Below, one piece after another: positions 8,729 to 17,160 of a stretch of DNA of 64,000 nt. A program made the translations under genes and the position numbers. Numbering within the stretch: position 1 is the stretch's first letter; every line of letters begins with the position of its first letter. Source of the DNA: an uncultured Eubacteriales bacterium (GTDB taxonomy: Bacteria > Bacillota > Clostridia > Christensenellales > UBA1242); contig CAPERS010000007.1 of NCBI GenBank assembly GCA_948607205.1, forward strand, positions 833 to 64,832. Reading direction: 5' to 3'. The notes below the pieces were generated by a model that worked only from the letters and a program-made list of their open reading frames with translations, made no database searches and was not told the origin of the DNA.

Positions 8729-11128
8729 TTATCTCAAATTTGCACCAAATCTAAACGCAAGTGATTTTAAGGCTTTGTTAATAACCTTGGAAACTTCCTC
8801 ATCTGTTAAAGTTTTGCTTTCATCAGAAAGTTTGATATTGAAAGCCATACTCTTTTTGCCCTCACCCAAGTTTGAACTTCTGTATATATCAAAGAGTTTC
8901 ACACCAAACAAGAGTTTACCGCAAGCAGATTTTATCGCTTCAATAAGTTCTTCAGTTGAAACCTTTTCATCAACCACAACTGCAAGGTCACGTTCAACAA
9001 CTGGATATTTTGGAACAGCCTTAACAACAAATCTTTTTTCTGGCATCGTTGCAAGGAAATCGCTGTTAATTTCTCCATAGATTGTTTTTGAACTTATATC
9101 AAAATTCTTCGCAACCGTTGGATGAACTTGACCGAAATGTCCAACAACCTTTTCGCCACAAACAATATCAGCCGAAATTCCAGGATGGAGATATGACTGA
9201 GTTGATGGCACAAGTTTAAAGTCAACTGACGCAAGCGCCAATAAGTTTTCAACCACTCCTTTCATATGGAAGAAATCAAAACCATTCTCACTTACAACAA
9301 AGGCTATAAAATTCTCTTCAATAGGAAGTTCTTTGATAGGAAGTTCTTTTGGAATATATGTTCTTCCGCATTCAAACAGTCTTGCCTCTTTATTTCCAAC
9401 ACTGTTGTTATATGACAAACAATTGAAAAGCGAATACGCCATTGCTGTGCGAAGGCAAGAAATCTCTTCACTGATAGGATTTATTATCTTGACCATCTTT
9501 GTTCTTTCATCTTTTATAAGAAGTTTTTCACAGATATTTGATGGACAAAGCGAATAATTGACAGTTTCAAAAAATCCATAGTCGACAAGCATATTTCTAA
9601 GTTTTCTTTCGATAGCCATTCTTTTGTTGACCTGACCTTCTGTCACTGATGCACTTTCAAAAAGCGCTTTTTCAATATTATCATAGCAATCATAGCCATA
9701 AATTCTTATAACCTCTTCTGCAAGGTCATTATTATTTGCAATATCTTCTCTGTAAGGCGGAACTTCACACTCAATTCGGTCGCCATTGATGACCGTTTTA
9801 ATTCCAAGATTGTTCAGAATATTTTTGATAGTTTCGCTCTTGATTTCAATTCCAAGAATTTTGTTTATTGCACTAACCGAACCGCGAACAAGCCTAGCCT
9901 CATTTTTCTCGCTGGCGATATCAATGATACCACGCGCAACCTTGCCACAACCAAGTTTATCAACAAGATGAAGTGCGCGCAAAAGTCCAATTTCAGCATT
10001 TGCAACATTGACGCCTTTTGAATAACGTTGAGCCGAATCAGTCATAACACCAAAGCGTCTGCTTGTGAGCCTGATACATTTAAGGTCAAAGTTTGCACCT
10101 TCGAAAATGACTGTTTTTGTTTCATCGTTAATACAAGAATTTGTTCCACCAATTACACCAGCAATAACCATAGGTTTTTCTTGGTCGGCAATAACCATTG
10201 TTTCTTTATCAAGTTCATAAGTGTTATGATTGAGCGCCTCGATTTTTTCACCTGCTTTCGCTTGGCGAACAACAATTTTGTTGCCACCAATAAGTGTTTG
10301 ATCAAATGCATGAAGTGGCTGACCGATTTCGACAAGAACATAGTTTGTTATGTCAACAATAGTGTTTATTGGTTTAATCCCAACGGCGTTAAGCCTTGCC
10401 CTCATCCAAAGTGGAGAGCGTGAAAGTTTAACATCAGTGACTGCACCTGCCATATAGCGCTTACAGTTTTTTGTTTCCACCTCAACATTAACATAATTGC
10501 GAACAGTGTCCTTTGAATAGATATCAATAGGATAACTGAGGTTGATTTTGCGCATAGGAATGCCAAAAATCGCGCTCACTTCGCGAGCGATTCCCACAAT
10601 ACTGAGGCAATCGGCACGATTTGGAGTCACTCCAATATCAAAAATCACATCATCAAGTTCAAGCGCCTTTTCAATCGGAGTCCCCGCTTTCATTTCATCA
10701 GGAAGAATGAGAATTCCGTTTATTCCTGCGCCTTCAAAATAGTTTTCATCAATTCCAATTTCTTCACCAGAGCAAAACATACCGAAAGAATCAACTCCAC
10801 GGAATTTTGATGGCTGAATTTTAACGCCGTTGACAAGGTCCGCACCCGGCAAAGACACAGGAACAGTCGCGCCTTCAAACACATTGGTTGCAGATGTGAC
10901 GATTTGAGTTAATTTTTCACCAATATCAACTTGGCAAACCACAAGTTTATCAGCCTGAGGATGTTTTTCAATTTTAACAATCTTGCCAACAACCACATCA
11001 TGCAAATGTTCATTTTGATAGATTATTTCCTCAACTTCCATACCTGCACTTGTCAGGCGTTTAGCCACTTCTTCTGGCTTTTCATGAATGTCGACAAAAT
11101 CTTTAATCCATTTATAAGTTACCTTCAT
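8729..11128 (-). CDS. pheT: phenylalanine--tRNA ligase beta subunit
   Basis: 799 aa with an N-terminal tRNA-binding domain (HPQADKL), B3/4 and B5 domains, and a C-terminal FDX-ACB domain. Immediately follows pheS. Confidence 0.95.
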   Translation of the reverse strand: MKVTYKWIKDFVDIHEKPEEVAKRLTSAGMEVEEIIYQNEHLHDVVVGKIVKIEKHPQADKLVVCQVDIGEKLTQIVTSATNVFEGATVPVSLPGADLVNGVKIQPSKFRGVDSFGMFCSGEEIGIDENYFEGAGINGILILPDEMKAGTPIEKALELDDVIFDIGVTPNRADCLSIVGIAREVSAIFGIPMRKINLSYPIDIYSKDTVRNYVNVEVETKNCKRYMAGAVTDVKLSRSPLWMRARLNAVGIKPINTIVDITNYVLVEIGQPLHAFDQTLIGGNKIVVRQAKAGEKIEALNHNTYELDKETMVIADQEKPMVIAGVIGGTNSCINDETKTVIFEGANFDLKCIRLTSRRFGVMTDSAQRYSKGVNVANAEIGLLRALHLVDKLGCGKVARGIIDIASEKNEARLVRGSVSAINKILGIEIKSETIKNILNNLGIKTVINGDRIECEVPPYREDIANNNDLAEEVIRIYGYDCYDNIEKALFESASVTEGQVNKRMAIERKLRNMLVDYGFFETVNYSLCPSNICEKLLIKDERTKMVKIINPISEEISCLRTAMAYSLFNCLSYNNSVGNKEARLFECGRTYIPKELPIKELPIEENFIAFVVSENGFDFFHMKGVVENLLALASVDFKLVPSTQSYLHPGISADIVCGEKVVGHFGQVHPTVAKNFDISSKTIYGEINSDFLATMPEKRFVVKAVPKYPVVERDLAVVVDEKVSTEELIEAIKSACGKLLFGVKLFDIYRSSNLGEGKKSMAFNIKLSDESKTLTDEEVSKVINKALKSLAFRFGANLR

Positions 11129-11153
11129 TTTTCATCTCCAAAATTTATTTTTT

Positions 11154-12173
11154 TTATTTTAATTGACTTAAAAATCTTATATCGTTTTTATACATTGTTC
11201 TAAGGTCAGGAATTGTGTTAAGCACCATTGACGTTCTTTCAATTCCCATACCGAAAGCAAAGCCTGTAAACTTTTTGCTGTCAATTCCTGCAATGTCAAG
11301 CACTTTTGGATTAACCACGCCAGCACCAAGAATTTCCAAAAAGCCAGTTCCCTTACATGTTTTACAACCATCGCCCTTGCAGTTAGGGCAAGAAACATCA
11401 ACTTCAATACTTGGCTCTGTGAATGGGAAGAAAGAAGGTCTGAAACGAACCTTTGTCCCCTCGCCATAAAGCCTTTTCATCATTTCAGATAGCATAATTT
11501 TAAGGTCCGCCATAGACACGTTTTCGTCAATCACAAGACCTTCGCACTGATGGAAAACTGGTGAGTGAGTTGAGTCGCTGTCATTTCTGTAAGTTTTTCC
11601 CGGTGAAATAATTTTGAAAGGCGGTTTTCTTGTTTCCAGTTCACGAGATTGAACTGCTGAGGTTTGAGTTCTAAGCAATATGTTATCTGTTATATAGAAC
11701 GAATCTTGCATATCTCTTGAAGGATGGTTTTTTGGAATATTCATCGCTTCAAAGTTATAATAATCAGTTTCAACCTCAGGGCCGTCAACAACAGTGAATC
11801 CCATGTCAACGCAAATGTCAATAAGTTTGTCGGTTATCATTGGAACGGCGTGAATTGCACCTTTTGAGATAAACTTGCTTGGCTCTGTGATGTCAATTTT
11901 CTCACTCGCAAGTGATTTCGCAAGTTCTTCTTCATCAAATCTATTTTCTTTCTCTTCAATTCGGCTTTCGATTTCACTTCTCACTTCGTTGACAAGCGCT
12001 CCAACCTTTGGTCTATCTTCTGGCGAAACGTCACGCATACCACGCAAAATTGCAGTAAGCTCACCTTGCTTACCGAGATACTTAACTTTGATTTCGTTGA
12101 GCGATTTCTTATCTGAAATGTTCTGAATTTCAACAAGTGCCTTTTCTTTGATTTCTTTTAATTTTTCAATCAT
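11154..12173 (-). CDS. pheS: phenylalanine--tRNA ligase alpha subunit
   Basis: 339 aa with class II motifs (HPSRDMQDSFY, FRPSFFPFTEPS, GFAFGMGIER). Confidence 0.95.
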   Translation of the reverse strand: MIEKLKEIKEKALVEIQNISDKKSLNEIKVKYLGKQGELTAILRGMRDVSPEDRPKVGALVNEVRSEIESRIEEKENRFDEEELAKSLASEKIDITEPSKFISKGAIHAVPMITDKLIDICVDMGFTVVDGPEVETDYYNFEAMNIPKNHPSRDMQDSFYITDNILLRTQTSAVQSRELETRKPPFKIISPGKTYRNDSDSTHSPVFHQCEGLVIDENVSMADLKIMLSEMMKRLYGEGTKVRFRPSFFPFTEPSIEVDVSCPNCKGDGCKTCKGTGFLEILGAGVVNPKVLDIAGIDSKKFTGFAFGMGIERTSMVLNTIPDLRTMYKNDIRFLSQLK

Positions 12174-12182
12174 ATCTCTCTC

Positions 12183-12529
12183 CTATAAAAAACAAAAACT
12201 CTCCCTCACCGCTTAGGGCGAAAGAGAGTTCTTCGCGTTACCACCTAATTTCACCTAAATTTCATTTAGAAAATTGCAATTTTTAAGTTTTTTAAACTTT
12301 CTTTAAAAACTTCTGTTTTTAAATGTGCAAAACAAACAAAAATTTAAGCCTTCATTTCCTTTCACGCAGGTTCACGGCGCAAACTATTAAAGCGTTTTTA
12401 TTTTCGCTCGTTCGCAAGCACAGCTAGAAAGTGAATTCAAATATAACCAATTTATCTTTTTCTCAGCAGTTAAAGACTCTCTGTGAAATTAAATTATATC
12501 CTACTTATCTTTCATTATCGCTTTTTAAT
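12183..12529 (-). promoter_or_regulatory. T-box riboswitch leader (Phe) of pheST
   Basis: The minus strand carries the T-box sequence AATTAGGTGGTAACGCG (complement of 12234-12250), followed by a terminator stem and T-run just before the pheS RBS. Stem I-like AGAGAG is present, and a candidate UUC specifier (12433-12435) is followed by A. Confidence 0.8.
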
Positions 12530-12535
12530 GTCTAA

Positions 12536-12564
12536 ATTATATATTAATAATAAATTATTGTCAA
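12536..12564 (-). promoter_or_regulatory. sigma-A consensus promoter of the pheST leader
   Basis: Minus strand reads TTGACA (12564-12559), a 17-nt spacer, then TATAAT (12541-12536). Confidence 0.6.
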
Positions 12565-12648
12565 CTAAATTTCCAGCCTTACATTAAATTTTGTTTGAAT
12601 TTCAATTTTTTGTTTGCGCTATAAAGTTAAACATGATAAAATGTCTTT

Positions 12649-13500
12649 ATGAAATTCTACACTTTTATCATTGAAAGGTCATACAACTCAATCTATTATT
12701 TCCTCAAAGACAAAGGCTTTTCAGAAAATTATATTTCAAACCTCAGGAAAACTTGGGGAAATTTTGTTGTGAATGGCGAAGTTGTCAACATAAGAAAACC
12801 ACTTAACACAAACGACAAACTTGAAATAAACTCAAGCCCAAACACAAAAACAACTATTATGCATTGCATACTACCACTAGATATTGTATATGAAGACGAA
12901 TACTACCTACTAATTAATAAACCAAGCGGAATTTCAACCATGCCAAATAGGTCACACTACTCAAACAATCTTGCAGGCGCAATTTGCAGTTATATGAAAG
13001 AAAAAGATGAAAATTTTGTGCTTCGAATTGCCAACCGTCTCGACAAAGAAACCTCTGGGATTGTCATTGTGGCAAAGGATAGCATTGCACTTAAATCTCT
13101 TAATGCGCAAAAAACATACTATGCCCTTTGCGAAGGTGTGATTGAAAGTGAGATTATTATTGACGAAAAAATTTTAACAATAAATGAGAATGGAATCAAT
13201 CAAATAAAGCGCATAATTTCACCTCTTGGAAAAGATGCAAAAACTTTTATTAAGCCAATTAAAAATGATGGGATTCACACACTGCTTGAAATCAAACTTG
13301 AACATGGAAGGACGCATCAAATTCGAGTGCATTTGGCACACATAGGTCATGCACTAGTTGGCGATAGACTTTATGGACAGAAAAGTGACCTGATTTCGCG
13401 CACAGCCCTTCACTGCGGAAAAGTTAGATTTTATCATGAGTTTAAAAAAGAGTTGATTTCAGTTTCAACGCCTTTGCCTGACGACTTTTTTGTAAATTAA
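12649..13500 (+). CDS. RluA-family pseudouridine synthase
   Basis: Catalytic Asp block RLDKETSGIVIVAK and the HGRTHQIRVHL motif. Confidence 0.9.
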   Translation: MKFYTFIIERSYNSIYYFLKDKGFSENYISNLRKTWGNFVVNGEVVNIRKPLNTNDKLEINSSPNTKTTIMHCILPLDIVYEDEYYLLINKPSGISTMPNRSHYSNNLAGAICSYMKEKDENFVLRIANRLDKETSGIVIVAKDSIALKSLNAQKTYYALCEGVIESEIIIDEKILTINENGINQIKRIISPLGKDAKTFIKPIKNDGIHTLLEIKLEHGRTHQIRVHLAHIGHALVGDRLYGQKSDLISRTALHCGKVRFYHEFKKELISVSTPLPDDFFVN

Positions 13501-13510
13501 ATATAACATT

Positions 13511-13545
13511 AAAAAAAGTTATATCTTTCTAGATATAACTTTTTC
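13511..13545. terminator. bidirectional terminator
   Basis: AGTTATATC (13517-13525) / GATATAACT (13532-13540) perfect 9-bp stem flanked by an A-run and a T-run. Confidence 0.7.
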
Positions 13546-13546
13546 A

Positions 13547-14023
13547 TTAGTTCAAACTATTCAAAACCTCTTCTGCATCACCTTCAATCAGAAATAAATC
13601 ATCAACTCTTTTAAATTTTATTCTCTCATACCACGCATATGGCATATTATTTTCACCTAAATAAGTTGCACCACTCAATTTTGTCACGTCATATTTTTCT
13701 TTTGCAAGCAAAATTAAATTTTGCAAAAGTGATTTTGCAATTCCTTTCTTTCGATACTTTTTATCAACTGATATTTCCTCAATCATAAGCCAATTTCCGT
13801 CTGCCCAAGGCTTAATGAAGGAGTAAGTGAACCCGATCCCCCCCGTTTCATTTTTAGCAACTAAAAATAGGTCAGGATTTAAATTAAAGAAAAACTCACA
13901 AGTTTTTATGGCGCTTTCTTACGTCCAGCCTTCATTAAGCTCATTATTGTTATAAATATCCATTAAAAGTTTAGCGCAAAATTGCAAATCACTTCTTTCG
14001 GCTTGTGATATAACACAATTCAT
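13547..14023 (-). pseudogene. GNAT N-acetyltransferase interrupted by one in-frame TAA (codon 35)
   Basis: ATG at 14023 behind GGAGG. The frame is continuous for 159 codons down to the stop at 13547, except for a TAA at 13921-13919. The downstream part carries the GNAT motif KKYRKKGIAKSLL. The track reports only the last 79 codons. Confidence 0.75.
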
Positions 14024-14033
14024 AGGTCCTCCA

Positions 14034-14444
14034 TTAACTCAAAATATATTCTTCCGTTTTGAAGTTTTGTATGCCCTCTAATTGATTCCTATTATGTTTT
14101 ACAGGTCTTATATCGCATCCCCTGTCAATATCTTTCTGAGAAAAAATTTTCTTAACCTGAGCAACTGATAATTCAGCTCCAAAAGTTGTAACAAAAATTT
14201 CATGACCGTTAAACTCTTGAATATCATTATTTAAAATTTCATTTTGTGCATGAATCAAAACTGAATAAGTTTCATTTTCCTGTTCTGACAATGACTGTTT
14301 TAGTTGCAAACTAGCAATTTTGGTATTAATTAAAATTCTTGATACCAAAACTTTTTCATCATCATTCATTTGTTGCAATTCTTCCCAGTTGTAATAATTT
14401 ATTATATGTTTTTTTGCCTTATAACTAATCGCTTTGCTTGTCAC
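14034..14444 (-). CDS. hypothetical protein (136 aa), paralog of the 14576..14926 product
   Basis: GTG start behind AAGGAG. YYNWEELQQMNDDEKVLVSRILINTKIASL aligns with YIGYEELKMLKDDAELRISERLIYARISAL of the upstream gene. No family recognised. Confidence 0.6.
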   Translation of the reverse strand: MTSKAISYKAKKHIINYYNWEELQQMNDDEKVLVSRILINTKIASLQLKQSLSEQENETYSVLIHAQNEILNNDIQEFNGHEIFVTTFGAELSVAQVKKIFSQKDIDRGCDIRPVKHNRNQLEGIQNFKTEEYILS

Positions 14445-14507
14445 ATTTTCTCCTTTTCATATTCATTTACAGTTATATTCTTTAAATGGAACCGCATTTA
14501 TCTTTAC

Positions 14508-14561
14508 TCAGCAACCTCTAAGGTCATTTTTCCCAGCACAATCAATTTTGAAATCCATCAT
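14508..14561 (-). CDS. candidate micro-ORF (17 aa, MMDFKIDCAGKNDLRGC)
   Basis: AGGAGGG Shine-Dalgarno sequence directly upstream of a tandem ATG ATG, 14 nt after the stop of the 116-aa gene. Not in the track because it is under 60 aa. The SD-to-ATG spacing is short. Confidence 0.25.
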   Translation of the reverse strand: MMDFKIDCAGKNDLRGC

Positions 14562-14575
14562 CCCTCCTAAAAGCC

Positions 14576-14926
14576 TTATTCAGCAACTTGTCCTTCTTTT
14601 TCGTCTTCATCGTCATTTGGGTTCATATAAAATATTCCGTTCTGAACATTTTCAATTTCTTCCTTAGTGAAATAACGACGAGCTTCTTTTGCCAACATTC
14701 CATAGCCAAACACAGTCTTTCCACTTGCTTTCTTCTCGTTAATTTTTGCAAGAGCTGTTGTAAGACAGTTACTGCTTTCCTCTTCACTGTCAGTAAGTTT
14801 GCGCCAAGAACAAGCAATCGTATTTAACGCTGAAATTCTTGCATAGATAAGTCTTTCACTTATACGCAATTCCGCATCGTCTTTTAACATCTTCAATTCT
14901 TCATAGCCAATATATGCTGCTTTCAT
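14576..14926 (-). CDS. hypothetical protein (116 aa), acidic C-terminus
   Basis: AAGGAG RBS. First gene behind a consensus promoter. Paralogous to the 14034..14444 product. Confidence 0.6.
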   Translation of the reverse strand: MKAAYIGYEELKMLKDDAELRISERLIYARISALNTIACSWRKLTDSEEESSNCLTTALAKINEKKASGKTVFGYGMLAKEARRYFTKEEIENVQNGIFYMNPNDDEDEKEGQVAE

Positions 14927-14953
14927 AATTTCTCCTTTTTTTACAACAGGGAA

Positions 14954-14982
14954 ATTATATCATTTAGCAAACTTTTTGTCAA
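14954..14982 (-). promoter_or_regulatory. sigma-A consensus promoter of the small-protein/GNAT operon
   Basis: Minus strand reads TTGACA (14982-14977), a 17-nt spacer, then TATAAT (14959-14954). Confidence 0.55.
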
Positions 14983-14990
14983 TTCAATTT

Positions 14991-15569
14991 TTAAACATTT
15001 TTATCAATTTTTCGTGTTTTTTCATCATTTTCAGATGAGAACTTTTTAGGCTTAGTCCAAGCATTAATAAGCCAGCCAGATGAAAAAGCGCATATCATGC
15101 CTAAGATTGCATAAAGCACAATCACGCCAAGCATAATTCCAGCATTTGCCCAAGTGTTTGGCGAAAGACCTACACCAAGTCCTGAGAAGACCAGCCCAAC
15201 TCCCATAAAAATTCCGCTTATTGAGTTAAGCCACACCTTCTTGAAGTTGTCAAAATACATAATAATAAAATTGAAAACAATCACTCCGAGAAGGCTTGCA
15301 ATGCTGATACCTATCACACTTGCACTGAATAACTGACCGAAATAGAACATCCCCACAGCAAAAAGGAAGCCTATTACAACACCGATAAGCGCTTTTGCCT
15401 TTTCCTTTAATGTGAATGGAGTTGTTATTGTCCACGAAATAAAAGCAACCCAAAGAAAACTGCTACCTGCAACAATATTTGGCGCAATCAGTGCGTCTAC
15501 GCAAAATAAAATTCCAGCCAAGAAAGCAGTTATCAATGGCATTTTTGAAATTTCAAAAAACTTTTTCAT
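14991..15569 (-). CDS. integral membrane protein (about 6 TM), function unknown
   Basis: 192 aa, hydrophobic throughout, with a short charged C-terminal tail. Confidence 0.7.
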   Translation of the reverse strand: MKKFFEISKMPLITAFLAGILFCVDALIAPNIVAGSSFLWVAFISWTITTPFTLKEKAKALIGVVIGFLFAVGMFYFGQLFSASVIGISIASLLGVIVFNFIIMYFDNFKKVWLNSISGIFMGVGLVFSGLGVGLSPNTWANAGIMLGVIVLYAILGMICAFSSGWLINAWTKPKKFSSENDEKTRKIDKNV

Positions 15570-15617
15570 CTTTTTCCTCCTATAATTTAATATGAGTTTT
15601 ATATGACTTTTGCGAAA

Positions 15618-16343
15618 CTAAAATTCTCTGTAACTTATTAACTGAACTCCCTCATAAACACCTAACGCAAACGCCTCTTTAAGAACGGCCAGTTCCTTAT
15701 CTCTGTCAAGATAACTTGTCACTGTTTTTGTGTAGTCATCTATGTAGCCGGGATGCGTCACAATCTCAAAAATTTTATCGGTTGACTTATAGGCTTCAAC
15801 AAAACTTTTCAGCGTTTCAATGTTCACATTCTCAATGGTGAAATTATGAAAGAGATAGTCAGGCGATTTTAAATCACTATCATTTTTATCTTTTCGAATG
15901 GGCAAATCAAACTTCTTACAAATATCATTAATTGCGCGCCTAATTTCAGAATTTTCTCGCAAATGGTGGTGAGTGTCAATGTGATCAACTTTGATTTGAC
16001 CTCCGCTTTCTCTTGTAACAAATTCAAACTGCGCCATGATTTCATTGTAAGCATCTTGATAAGTCAGTTTTTCATTGTTTATTTGAGATTTGTTATAATA
16101 AAACACGCCATTCTCATCTGTTAGATTTTCATTCTTTAAAATTGGTTTGCCAACAGTCAAATTCACATGCAAGCCAATGCAGTTGATATTATTTTTGACC
16201 GCCTCTTCAAGCGCATATTTCGCGTATGGCATATTTGCCATTATCGAGGTGCTTGTTATCCCCCCCCCGATTATTCCGCTTATTATGCCGTCAGTGATAC
16301 TTTTGCTTAGACCAAAATCGTCAGCGTTTATGATGAGTTTCAA
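15618..16343 (-). CDS. ChbG/HpnK (YdjC) family carbohydrate deacetylase
   Basis: MKLIINADDFGLS N-terminus and the DHIDTHHHL metal-binding motif. The coding sequence contains a G9 run (complement of 16260-16268) encoding GGG. Confidence 0.85.
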   Translation of the reverse strand: MKLIINADDFGLSKSITDGIISGIIGGGITSTSIMANMPYAKYALEEAVKNNINCIGLHVNLTVGKPILKNENLTDENGVFYYNKSQINNEKLTYQDAYNEIMAQFEFVTRESGGQIKVDHIDTHHHLRENSEIRRAINDICKKFDLPIRKDKNDSDLKSPDYLFHNFTIENVNIETLKSFVEAYKSTDKIFEIVTHPGYIDDYTKTVTSYLDRDKELAVLKEAFALGVYEGVQLISYREF

Positions 16344-16415
16344 AAGTTCCTCCTATTTATAGATTATATCATAAAATAATTTAATTTCAAAATAAAGTTT
16401 TTATATTTTAAAAAC

Positions 16416-16444
16416 TTGACTATATGTTTTTTAAGAGTTATAAT
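16416..16444 (+). promoter_or_regulatory. sigma-A promoter positioned for a leaderless GNAT mRNA
   Basis: TTGACT (16416-16421), a 17-nt spacer and TATAAT (16439-16444), then 6 nt before the ATG at 16451 with no Shine-Dalgarno sequence. Confidence 0.5.
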
Positions 16445-16450
16445 TTAAAT

Positions 16451-16951
16451 ATGAGAGTTATAATAAGAAAAGCGAAAATTGGTGATGAAGCACAAATTGT
16501 TGATATAAACATTAATGTATATGAAAGCACATACAAAAACTTTTTCGACCAATCCACTTTTGAAAAGAAACGCCTAAATCGTGACAAAAATATAGCATGG
16601 TGGAGAGAACACATTAACGAAAAAGATTGTTGCGCTTTTGTCGCAGAAGTCAACGGGAAATTGGTTGGATATATTGACATTTTCCAAGTGTCTAGAAACG
16701 AACAATTTAAAGACTATGGCGAAGTTGGTTCTATATACATTTTAGATGAATATCACAAACAAGGCATTGGAAGAAAACTTTTTGAAAAAGCATTTGAAAA
16801 TATCAAAAACAAAAGATTTATGCTCAATGTTTTAAAAGGAAACCCTGCTATAAACTTTTATGAAAAAATGGGAGGAAAGATTATAGACGAAATAGATTTT
16901 GTGAAGAATGAAAAAGTTTTTAAGTTATATGTTGTGATATTTGAAAAATAA
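16451..16951 (+). CDS. GNAT family N-acetyltransferase
   Basis: MRVIIRKAKIGDE N-terminus and acetyl-CoA motif HKQGIGRKLFEKA. Start moved to the second in-frame ATG because the first ATG (16424) lies inside the promoter spacer. Confidence 0.85.
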   Translation: MRVIIRKAKIGDEAQIVDININVYESTYKNFFDQSTFEKKRLNRDKNIAWWREHINEKDCCAFVAEVNGKLVGYIDIFQVSRNEQFKDYGEVGSIYILDEYHKQGIGRKLFEKAFENIKNKRFMLNVLKGNPAINFYEKMGGKIIDEIDFVKNEKVFKLYVVIFEK

Positions 16952-17090
16952 CAATGTGGGTTCGTTTGCTATTGCAAACATGCAAAGAGTAAACTTTGCA
17001 TAAAGTCTCACTTCTTACCTTAAAAACTTAGAATTTCCGCTTCGCACGAGAGTCCGACAAAATCGTTAGATTTTCGTCTGGTCGGAAACG

Positions 17091-17157
17091 AAAAAAACTG
17101 GCGCTTAGGTTGCAAACTTTTGTTTACAAAAGTTGAAAACAATTAGCCAGTTTTTTT
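17091..17157. terminator. bidirectional terminator (compound hairpin) between the GNAT gene and tRNA-Leu
   Basis: A7, then ACTGGC (17097-17102) ... GCCAGT (17146-17151), then T7. An inner AACTTTTG/CAAAAGTT stem lies within. Confidence 0.6.
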
Positions 17158-17160
17158 GAG

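Noticed and set aside
13919-13921. TAA in the GNAT gene as evidence of stop-codon reassignment or programmed readthrough
   Set aside because: TAA terminates many confidently called genes in this window, including the integrase fragment, the radical-SAM gene and recJ. A point mutation or a sequencing error is much more likely.
16990-17100. Degenerate tRNA pseudogene or att-site duplicate downstream of tRNA-Leu
   Set aside because: I found only short, weak similarity to the tRNA (for example CTTCGCACG against TTTCGAACACG), no cloverleaf and no copy of the tRNA 3' end.
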